Positions 37,992 to 48,477 of a stretch of 64,000 nucleotides of DNA are shown here, piece by piece. Numbering within the stretch: position 1 is the first letter of the stretch; each line of letters opens with the position of its first letter. This DNA is from Orbicella franksi (lineage: Eukaryota). Location: positions 31,620,001-31,684,000 of the forward strand of contig OZ116698.1 of the NCBI GenBank assembly GCA_964199315.1, given 5' to 3'. The translations under genes were made by a program, and so were the position numbers. The notes under the pieces were generated by a model. It saw only the letters and a program-made list of their open reading frames with translations. It ran no database searches and was not told the origin of the DNA.

Positions 37992-40900
37992 GCTGTTTGT
38001 TGCACGAAATGTGCCTAATGGTAATACTTACTCTTAAATATTTAGACTGGTTTTCTAGATTGGCCCATGAAATCTACACTAGTCTCTTCCCAGAGAACTA
38101 GCTTTATGTTTGAATTTGTTCTATTCACACCTCGAGTGAGCTTTCTAAGAAATAAATTTCCTAACCTACAAAGATGCCTCTCTTCTTGCCCTGTACGTTT
38201 TAAATGTTTAAATGATTCATGGCTAGCATTGGATATGAAATGACACATAACCCAGAGAGGTTAAAGTTATGTAAACATATTACAGACATATTAGAGTGAT
38301 ATATGTTATAGTGACTGAGGAGAGCTCTTTCTTTCTCTTTTTGCTGCTTGGTCCGGTGCAAGAGCTCAAAACAAGTAAATTTGCATGAGGAATTTTTCAA
38401 ATGCTCCTTACAATAATGGAACCTAATTTCGAAGTGATTTAACAAACTTTTTCCCTGCAGGAATTATAGCTTCATTTGAAATGGAACTTTAAAACTTGAT
38501 TTCAGATAAAAAAAAAAGGTTGACTGAGAAATAAATAAATAATTAAATTAATTAACTGATTTAGAGCTAATGAAAGCCAATAGTAGAACACAAATCTGAC
38601 GATATTACGTGAATTGCTGAAGAGATCGACAGCTAGTTAAGAGTAGTTTTAGGCGACGTTTTGAAGACACATGTCATTATTATACCTAGAACTTGATGTA
38701 TCCGTGGCAACTGTATTATGACAATTTAAAATTTTCTTACAGTAACAAGATTTAGCTTTCAAGTAGTCATCTTTACATAATTTATAACATTTTTGCTTTA
38801 TTTAGTTTTGCGTCATTGCTTTAGTGGATTTTTCTGGTATTAGAAAAATCAAGAAATCGTAGATGGCAGAACGAAGATGGCGCCTGTTGGAATATCATGA
38901 ACGAAATGACTACGTGAAGTGACATCACCGTCTCCTGTTACTTACCTCAAATGAAACATGTTTGGATGTTCTACTTACCCTCTTAGTTTCATTTCTTTGT
39001 TTAAATGTTCTTGAAGTTACAGAGGAGGTTGGGCGGCTTCCGTAGAAAACAAAAACAAGACGGTCAGAATAGCGTTAACATATGTCAGTAGTGGATGATG
39101 CTAAATTTTAGGGAAAGGGACTAAAACTGATAAAAAATTTACAAATTAGTGACGAAAAATAGAAAAAAAAAAAAAAAACAAACAAAAAGCAGGAAAGAAA
39201 CAACAAGCAAACTTGAAACCAGTTTTGTGGTTTTTCTTGAACTTTATACAAAAATGTAAACATTAAAATTCTAGAGTATAAATAAACTTCACAAAGCAAA
39301 CGTTTTGAGCTACATAATAAATTAAAAGGGACCACAAAAATCCTGTTTTGATTTGTTCAGGTGTGTGACATAATTTGAGCCTGCATGCTTATTGGACCTC
39401 ATTAGACAATTTTCGAGATCTGACTGTGACCACATGAGGGGTCCATGTGAGTAGCCTGAGACGTGCAGCATTTTCAGCAATGCTTAGACATGCAGTGACT
39501 GTGGCTTGGATGGTTTAATATGGATGATCATCCTACACTTCCCGTTGTCGGTAAGAACTGTGAACTAGTTTGCAACCAATACTTTAGCTGGCTGGGACAA
39601 TTTTTGGTTCTCTCGGTTCTTTAAAATTACATGGCATGCAAGTGAATGGATATTTGTATTTACAAGTGCAGTATCAGCAACTGATTGCTCAAACAGTTCT
39701 TAGTTTCCATGCAGTTTTCGACTGGCCGTAAAATAAATAATCGATCTGAACGTTCCCGATGCCATAGGTCCTGGAAAACCAAATACTCTTTTGAAATTTA
39801 CCACGACAAAAATACCAGTTGATTTGCGTGTGCAACTAGGCTAGTCCGATTTCTGACTTGCAGCAGCGCGAGGAACACTTTAATTTGTATCTCGATACGA
39901 TTGGCACTGACAAAAATTGTCTGTCTGCTTCAAATCAGACAAACACAGTGACTGAACACGAGTTTTGAGTTCCGTTTTCCTACGTGTAAAAGCGTGGGCA
40001 AGTTCACCCCGGAGTTCACCCTGTGATGTCCAGGGGTAAATGAACAAATCACGTTCGTATTTCCTACGATGATCCAGCATACTGCACCCTTTTCATAAAA
40101 TCGCATATTCTGAAGTTGTGATGGCCTTCTTTAGGTTCACACCGCTTAAATCAGCTTGGAGGTGCTTATGTCAACGGCAAACCACTTCCAAAAGAGATTC
40201 GGAACGAAATCCTCGCGTTAGCCCTCCAAGGAATTCTTCCTTGTGGCATAAGTCGTCGTTTACGGATCATGCACTCATGGCTGTATTAGTAAGTTGCTGT
40301 CCAAGTATCGTAAAACTGGCTCAATCCAAGCTGGTAGAGAAAGTGAAGGCCGACCCCGATCACTCCTCGAATAGCACAGAGAATCATGGAGTACAGAAAG
40401 GAACAACCAGGTCTGTTTTCTTGGAAGATACGAGATCGTCTTGTTCAAGAAAGCCCGTGCAGTAAGGAAAGTCCTCCCTCTCTTAGTTCCATCAGTAGAT
40501 TGTTGAAGAATAAAGATGAATTGGAAATAGCGCCGGAATTATCCGGGAACGTAACTACAATTTCTACATGATCGCCAGTATCTTAAACCTACCGCCATTT
40601 GAGAGTCGGTCTTCCTCGTCGATTCCATCATCTATGGCATCTACATCCACAGATAGCCATGGACAAATATCTGAACAGAAACAGACAGGTCAGTAATAAT
40701 ATCAAATTTACTTGATAAAGTGATCCAGAGATTTCTGTTTCAGTTTATCTTAGATCCTTGTGGGGTTATTGAAAACCGTTCAATGGACACGAAACTAACC
40801 TTTACCTTGAAGTTCGCTTCCATTTTCTTTTGAGAGGCAATGCTCGAATTGTAATCAATTTCAATTTTTTGTTGTGAAAAAGTGGAATATAAAGGTCTGA

Positions 40901-41595
40901 ATATTTTTTTGGAAGCAATGTTTTCACTGTCTACGTGAAAGAAAAAGAGTAGACGTTAAGCGTAAAATCGTTAGAGCACACTGTTGCTTTTCTAGTTTAT
41001 AAAAAAAACCTTAATAACCTGTACATCATGTATAAAACTGAATGAGTTAATAGCAGTCTGAAACCAATAGTCTAACAAAGACCGGTTAGTCCTTAAAATT
41101 TGCCATAGTGGCCCTATGATCTTTACATCAGTTGTAATGTTAAAAGATAATGTCTAATTTATAGTTTAAATGTGTCAGAGGAAACTCGTTTTGTTCAATA
41201 AAACAAGAAATTGCCGTTGAAAGAAAACAAAATACATTTACATACACTTTCAAAATGTTTATGTATAAGAGTTCTGCAAACTGATTAACTCTTTGGAAGA
41301 CAGGTTTAATGTTTGTTCACTCCATTAGTATAGTTAAGTGGAATTTGAAATTTTATATACACCAATCAATTCCATAACCTTCATTGATATTAATTTACAG
41401 AATTGATTTAAGGTCAGGAAAATTATGAAGTGTTTGACGATTTTTTAAAGCACTTTCTAATACAAATGGAAGATGTTGCAGCATATCACTGTAAGGTACC
41501 TCAGGGAAGTCTTCTTAAGAGATCTTTCACTGTTTTTAATGTTACATGGTATAGATAATGTATTTTTAGCTGAAATTATTTCAGAAATTCAATCC
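35743..41595 (+). repeat. Tandem segmental duplication, copy 1 (C homeodomain exons, intergenic DNA, D paired exon)
   Basis: Colinear with 41630-~48477, from ttatctctgtggaaggg to gctgaaattatttc..aaattcaat. Shared exons, UTR, MITEs and LINE fragment are visible by eye. Confidence 0.88.
35901..36700 (-). mobile_element. L1/Tx1-like LINE ORF2 fragment in intron 2 of C
   Basis: Paralogous to 42684-44130; degenerate minus-strand coding (ORF 36485-36670). Confidence 0.65.
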
Positions 41596-44500
41596 AGGTC
41601 CAAATAGGTCCAAAGAGGTCCAAAGATTGTTATCTCTGTGGAAGGGAAACTGTCTTAAGGAATTCTCTACTACAGGACACAGTGAGGTTAGAGTATTCGT
41701 AACTGAATTTATTTTTGGCAATATCCAGCCAGATATGTCTTACCTTTGGGAAACAAACATTTCTGAAGCCCAAGGTTGATTTCTTGTTTTTTTTCTTTTT
41801 TTTATTACAATATCTTACATTACATTACATACAAAATTACCTACTACTTACAATGTCCACGTAACTTACAATTTAACGATAATAACAAAACTTACAATAC
41901 TAACATTATTTACGATTTGTTAATATCTTACATTACAATAATATCTTACATTACAATTTGTTAATATCTTTCATGTAAAGGGTTAGCTACAATACGGGGC
42001 TTTCTCGCATATTAATTTGTGACTTAGATTTATGTTTCTCAATTTTAATTTTGTTTGTGAACATCGCTAAGAAAGCATCGAAATAAAATTCTTCTTCTTT
42101 TCTTGAGGCAGTATATAAATAATATTTGGCTATAATAATGCAGAGGTTTAAGCCAAGATGATGAGCGAAGTTATCTGTCACGCCATATATTATTTCATTT
42201 TTATCGAGAGTGATCCTATCCCCGTTTTTGGAGCTCCACCAATTAGTAAAGAGAGACCAAAAATGCTGAGCTTCAGAGCAGGTAACAAAAAGATGGGTTA
42301 ACGTTTGTCTTTCTCCACAGAGGTGACATTTATCCTGTTCCTTGATTGAATCTCTAAAAAGTGTCGAATTTGTGGGTAGAATGTGATGAATTATTTTGTA
42401 TTGGAAAATAGCGAGTCTAGTGTCTTTTGTAACATTAAACGGAAGGCTATAAATGAGTTGTATTGTATGTTCTTTTAGACTGGCTTCTTTCATCCTTCGT
42501 TCAGCTGTAGGCGTAACGAATTTACTCTTAACAAAGAATTTAGTTGCTGATCTGCAAGAGAGTTTATCTTATCCTTCTTATCCTTCTCAGAACGTTCTTC
42601 CAAGGGTTCAGTAACATTTCCTTTGAGAATATTGATCCATTTTTGAGGGACTGCGTGGCATAGACCGAAATAGTATAAGAAGTTTGATTTCTGTTGCAAA
42701 GATTGCAACTGCAGAAATTGTTTTATGTTAATTATATGCAAATTTAGCTTACCTAGCATTAGAGCTAATTATGCCAAGACCTGGTTTTACGTCTTGATTT
42801 GCGTACCATGAGTTAGACACTGATCTTTCTCAAGCTATTGAGGATTCCAGGCACAAATAACTTCCTTCTGAAAAGAGAAGGGGTCTTACTATAAGGACCT
42901 TTTCAAAGTTATCTTGTTTAAAGTAATTTTTAGCATTTATATAAAAATTTATTGTAATTTTATTGTTACGGATCTCGAAAAGCCCCACAAGTGAACAGTA
43001 AAAAAGTATGTAACCCACTATTACGACTACAAAGGACAACTGACACTGACACTTGTATCATTACCCAGTCGGATTTTGCTCATATAGACGTTAATTAGAG
43101 TAACTTGCTCTAATTTTATGGTTGAAGAAAAAAGAAACAAAGTTGTCAGGAAATCTAAGGAGGATTGAGGGCAGAAGGATTTGTAGATTGTCATTAAAAA
43201 GGGTATAATAGGAGCTAGGATTGGACTTCATAGTTTGTTGTTTGGGTCTAAATTGCCCCTTAGCCTAAACTTTTTCTTTAAATTTATATTTGAATATACA
43301 CATTATTTAGAAGACAAACATTACTTACAATAGTAACAATACGTACAGCACTAATTTAACTTACACTACTAACACTACATAATATAGTAATAGTAACATT
43401 GCTTACAATACTAAACAGCACTTGCAATACTAACATTGCAATTACACTACAGTACGTAATACTAAGGAGAGCAGGGAAATAGAACAAACCATTTTAATAA
43501 AACCAGCTTATTCCACAAAGTGCAAAAACAGGCTTCGAATTTGCGTGGCATGATGCATTATTATTTACTATTATGCTAATGGTAAGAAAGAAAGGGGAGT
43601 TGCTTATACTAATACGAGAATAAAGGAATCCAACTTTTTGTAATGTACAAGTTTACCATTTCTTTTGGAAATCAAAAATTCTATGTTAAGAGTTGCTTTC
43701 AATTTAGCCTTAAAAACTTCTAAAGATGGTTTTGTATTATCGAGCTTACACCTATAGATATAAAACTTTGCAAGCAAAAGAATGTGGTTAATTACTATTA
43801 AGTCTTTATCAATATCAAATTTACAAAACAAAACATCTATGAGTGAAAAATCTACTACTTCATTTTATGGATGGCCAGCCATGATAACACCTCTTTCCAA
43901 AACGATTGGACTTCATAGCTTGTTGTTTGAGTCTAAATTGTCCCTTAGCCCTACCTCGAAGGCTGTGAGACCAATTCGTTTTCTATAATGAAAGTGTTCC
44001 TTTATCTTGCTGGGCAGAGAGTGCCTGGCTGTAGAGAATGGTGGGTAGACTATAGAAGTTGGTGGGCAGACCAGGGAGTGTAAGTCCAGCAATAAAATGT
44101 TTTGACATTGTGGAAATAGGGTTTTGAATAGCATTTGGACTGGTTACTTAGAATTGAGCTAGGATTTGGATTTGCATTCTTCCCTTTTCCCTTTAGGACT
44201 CAGCATCTAAAAATACAACAAACAGCATCTAAAAATATCGCAGTCTCTCTGTTGACGTCAATTGTCTACCACATTGTCTATCACGTGTAAGCGGCGAGTT
44301 TGTAGTGCTTGGTCATTAGTAATAAGCATTCTTTTTGTTGGCCATCACCGAGAATACACAGGATGCTGAAGACTCACGCGAAACTTTTCCGCTGCGGATT
44401 CAGAGAAGAGAACGCATCAAGTACACGAGCCACCAACTGCATGAACTTGAAACAGCATTTAAAATCAATCAGTACCCATCTGTGTCAGGGAGAGAACATC

Positions 44501-44869
44501 TAGCGAGAAAAAGTGGAGTTACTGCGGAGTCAAGAATTCAGGTGCATTGCTATTCAGGGTACAACGAAAAAAGGCTTTCTAATGAACAAAGTTAATCCAG
44601 GGCTTATTATTAACGTTTCATGGTAGTTTTTACGATATTCTGTAACCAAATTCTTCAGATCTTCTAATCATCTGTTTGTTGGACTCTAGGTGTGGTTCTC
44701 AAATTGAAGAGCGAAGTGCAAAGCTAGAAGGCACTCGACTAATGAAAGACCAAGACCAAGACCAAACCACCCAAAAGACTGCACGCGTCGTCGGATTTCA
44801 GACTCTCACGTACTACCGAAAATGATGGGACCTGGTACCTCAAGAATATTCTTTCCACCTGATCAATAA
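40026..44869 (+). pseudogene. Pax pseudogene D, a chimera of an E-type 5' half and a C-type 3' half. Exons 40026-40035 (tentative), 40135-40688, 44351-44541, 44690-44869
   Basis: Lesions: +4 insertion at ~40269-40272 giving TAG at 40287-40289; -4 deletion at ~40359; -1 deletion at ~40534; intron-2 acceptor CAG>CCG at 44348-44350; 3-nt insertion in the homeobox (VTAESRIQ); nonsense CGA>TGA at 44705-44707 (R52*). Confidence 0.92.
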
Positions 44870-47800
44870 CAACATTAAGCTGTTTGTTGCACGAAATGTG
44901 CCTAATGATAGTACTTACTCTTAAATATTTAGACTGGTTTTCTAGATTGGCCCATTAAATCTACACTAGTCTCTTCCCAGAGAATTAGCTTTATGTTTGA
45001 ATTTGTTCTATTCACACCTCGAGTGAGCTTTCTAAGAAATACATTTCCTAACCTACAAAGATGCCTCTCTTCTTGCCCTGTACGTTTTAAATGTTTAAAT
45101 GATTCATGGCTAGCATTGGATATGAGATGACACATAACCCAGGGAGATTAAAGTTATGTAAACATATTACAGACATATTAGAGTGACATATGTTATAGTG
45201 ACTGAAGTGAGCTCTTTCTTTCCCTTTTTGCTGCTTGGTCCGGTGCAAGAGCTCAAAACAAGTGAATTTGTATGAGGAATTTTTTAAATACTCCTTGCAA
45301 TAATAGAACCTAATTTCAAAATTATTTTAAAAACTTGTTCCTTACAGGAATTATAGCCCCATTTGAAATGGACTTTTAAAACTTGATTTTCGATAAAAAA
45401 AAGTTAACTGATAAGTAAATAAGCACTTGAATTAATTAACTGGTTTAGAGCTAATGAAAGCCAATAGTAGAACACAAATCTGACGATATTACGTGAATTG
45501 CTGAAGAGATCGACAGCTAGTTAAGAGTAGTTTTAGGCGACGTTTTGAAGACACAACATGCCATTATACTCAGAACTTGATGTATCCATGGCAACCGTAC
45601 CATGAAAGGCGTTTTTTTCTTAATGTAAAATTTTCTTACAGTAACAAGATTTAACTTTCAAGTAGTCATTTTTACATTATTTAGAACATTTCAGCTTTAT
45701 TTAGTTTTGCGTCATTGTTTTTTAGTGGATTTTTCTGGTATTAGAAAAATCAAGAAATCGTAGATGGCAGAACGAAGATGGCGCCTGTAGGAATATCATG
45801 ACGAAATGTCTACGTGAAATGACATCAATGTCTCCTGCTACTTACCTCAAATGAAACATGTTTGGATGTTCTACTTACTCTCTTAGTTTCATTTCATTGT
45901 TTAAATGTTCTTGAAGTTACACAGGGGTTGGGCGGTTTCCGTAGAAAATAAAACGAGGCGGTCAGAATAGCGTGAACATATGTCAGTAGTGGTTGATGCT
46001 ACAGTTTAGGAGAGGGACTAAAACTGATAAAATATTTACCAATTAGTGAAGAAAAATAGGAAAAACAAACAAAATGCAGGAAAGAAACAACAAGCAAACT
46101 TGAAACCAGTTTTGTGGTTTTACTTGAACGTTATACAAAAACGTAATCATTAAAATTCTAGAGTATAAATAAACTTCACAAAGCAAACGTTTTGAACTAC
46201 ATAATAAATTCAAACAGACCACAAAAATCCTGTTTTGGTTCGTTCAGGTGTGTGACATAATTTGAGCCTGCATGCTTATTGGACCTCATTGGACAATTTT
46301 CGAGATCTAACAGTGACCGCATGAGCAGTCTATGTGAGTAGCCTGAGACGTGCAGCATTTTCAGCAATGCTTAGACATGCAGTGACTGTGACTTGGATGG
46401 TTTAATATGGATGCTCATCCTACACTTCCCGTTGTCGGTAAGAACTGTGAACTAGTTTGCAACCGATACTTTAGCTGGCTGGGACAATTTTTGGTTCTCT
46501 CGGTTCTTCAGGCAAAATTACATGCAAGTGAATGGGTATTTGTATTTACAAGTGCAGTTTCATCAACTGATTACTCAAAGAGTTCTTAGTTTCCATGCCG
46601 TTTTCGACTGGCCGTAATATGAATAATCGATCTGAACAATCTCGATGCCATAGGTCCTGGAAAATCAAATACTCTTTTGAAATTTACCACGACAAAAATA
46701 CCAGTTGATTTGCGTGTTCAACTAGCCCAAGTCCGATTTTCCCTTGAAGTCATCTCTGGCATGCAGCAGCTCGACGAAAAATAATAATTTGTATTTACAT
46801 ACGATGGGCACTTTGACTAAACTGTCTCTTTGTCTGCTTCAGATCAGACAAACACAATGACTGAACATGAGTTTTGAGTTGCGTTTTCCTACGTGTAAAA
46901 GCGTGGGCAGGTTCACCCTGTGATGTCCAGGGGTAAATAAACAAATCACGTTCTGATTTCCTACGATGATCGAGCATACTGTACCCTTATACATAAAATC
47001 GCATATTCTGATGTCGTGATGGCCTTCTTTAGGTTCACACCGCTTAAATCAGCTTGGAGGTGCTTATATCAACGGCAAACCACTTCCAAAAGAGATTCGG
47101 AACGAAATCCTCGCGTTAGCCCTCCAAGGATTTCGTCCTTGTGACATAAGTCGTCGTTTACGGATCACTCATGGCTGTATTAGTAAGTTGCTGTCCAAGT
47201 ATCGTACAACTGGCTCAATCCAAGCTGGTGGAGAAAGTGCAGGCCGACCCCGAGTGATCACTCCTCGAATAGCACAGAGAATCATGGAGTACAGAAAGGA
47301 ACAACCAGGTCTGTTTTCTTGGGAGATACGAGATCGTCTTGTTCAAGAAAGCCTGTGCAGTAAGGAAAGTCCTCCCTCTCTTAGTTCCATCAGTAGATTG
47401 TTGAAGAATAAAGATGAATTGGACATAACGCCAGGAAATATCGGGGAACGTAACAGCAATTCCTACACGATCGCTAGTATCTTAAACCTAACGCCATTTG
47501 AGAGTCGGTCTTCCTCGTCGATTCCTTCATCGATGGCTTCTACATCCACCGATAGCCATGGACAATTAGCTGAACAGAAACACACAGGTCAGTAATAATA
47601 TCAAGTTTGCTAGCGTTTTTTGTGTGATTCACAGATTTCTGTTTCAGTTTATCTTAGATCCTTGTGGGGTTATTGAAAACCGTTCAATGGACACGAAACT
47701 AACCTTTACCTTGAAGTTCGCTTCCATTTTCTTTTGAGAGGCAATGCTCTAATTGTTGTCAATTTCAATTTTTTTTGTAATGAAAAACTGCAATATTAAG

Positions 47801-48477
47801 GTCTTAAGATAATTTTTTTAAAAGCAATGTTTGCACTGTCTACGTGTGAAAAAAAAAAGAGGATAGAGCTTAAGCGTAAAATCTTCCGGTAGCACACTGA
47901 TGCTTTCATAGTTTGAAAAAAACCCTTAATAACCTGTACAACATGTATAAAATTGGATGCGTTGATAGCAGTCTGAAAGCAATAGTCCAACCAAGAGCAG
48001 TTAGTGGCTCTATGATCTTTACATCAGTTGTAATATTAAAAGATAATGTCTAATTTATATTCAGTTAAATGTGTCAGAGGAAACTTATTTTGTTCAATGA
48101 AACAAGAAATTGTTGTCGAAAGAAAACAAAATATATTTACATACACTTTCAAAATGTTTATGTGCCAGAGTTCTGCAAACTGATTAACTCTTTGGAAGAC
48201 AGGTCTGATGTTTGTTCACTCCATTAGTATAGCTAGTTGTCTGAAATTTGAAATTTTACACACTCCAATCATTTCCATAACCTTTACTAATATTACTTTA
48301 CAGAACTGATTTAAGGTCAGGGAAATTATGAAGTGTTTGAAGTTTTTTTAAAGCACGTTCTAATACAAATGGAAAGATGTTGCACTATAAGATGCCTCAG
48401 GAGCTTTCGCTGTTTTTAATGTTACATGGTATGGCTAATGTTTTTTTGGCTGAAATTATTTCGAAAATTCAATTCAG
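41630..48477 (+). repeat. Tandem segmental duplication, copy 2 (D homeodomain exons, intergenic DNA, E paired exon)
   Basis: See copy 1. Copy 2 is longer because it holds two extra LINE segments (41784-42691 and 43269-43903). The right boundary is approximate. Confidence 0.85.
41784..44130 (-). mobile_element. L1/Tx1-like LINE 3' fragment with A-rich tail, interrupted by a second LINE 3' end at 43269-43903
   Basis: ORF 41987-42493 has the zf-RVT-type FQYKIIHHILPTN...CHLCGERQTLTHLFVTC. ORF 43604-43831 has INHILLLAKFYIYRCK. T-rich tract at ~41784-41805 is the minus-strand poly(A). Confidence 0.8.

Noticed and set aside
46248-46333. Alternative first coding exon for E (MSSL|GTGAGT; MRGP in D)
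   Set aside because: It would give Cys instead of the conserved Gly at the paired-domain start. It may be a 5' UTR exon but is not supported as coding.
35743-48477. Uncollapsed-haplotype assembly artefact as explanation of the duplication
   Set aside because: The copies differ by many substitutions, large indels, a junction filler and multiple pseudogenising lesions. Not formally excluded without reads.
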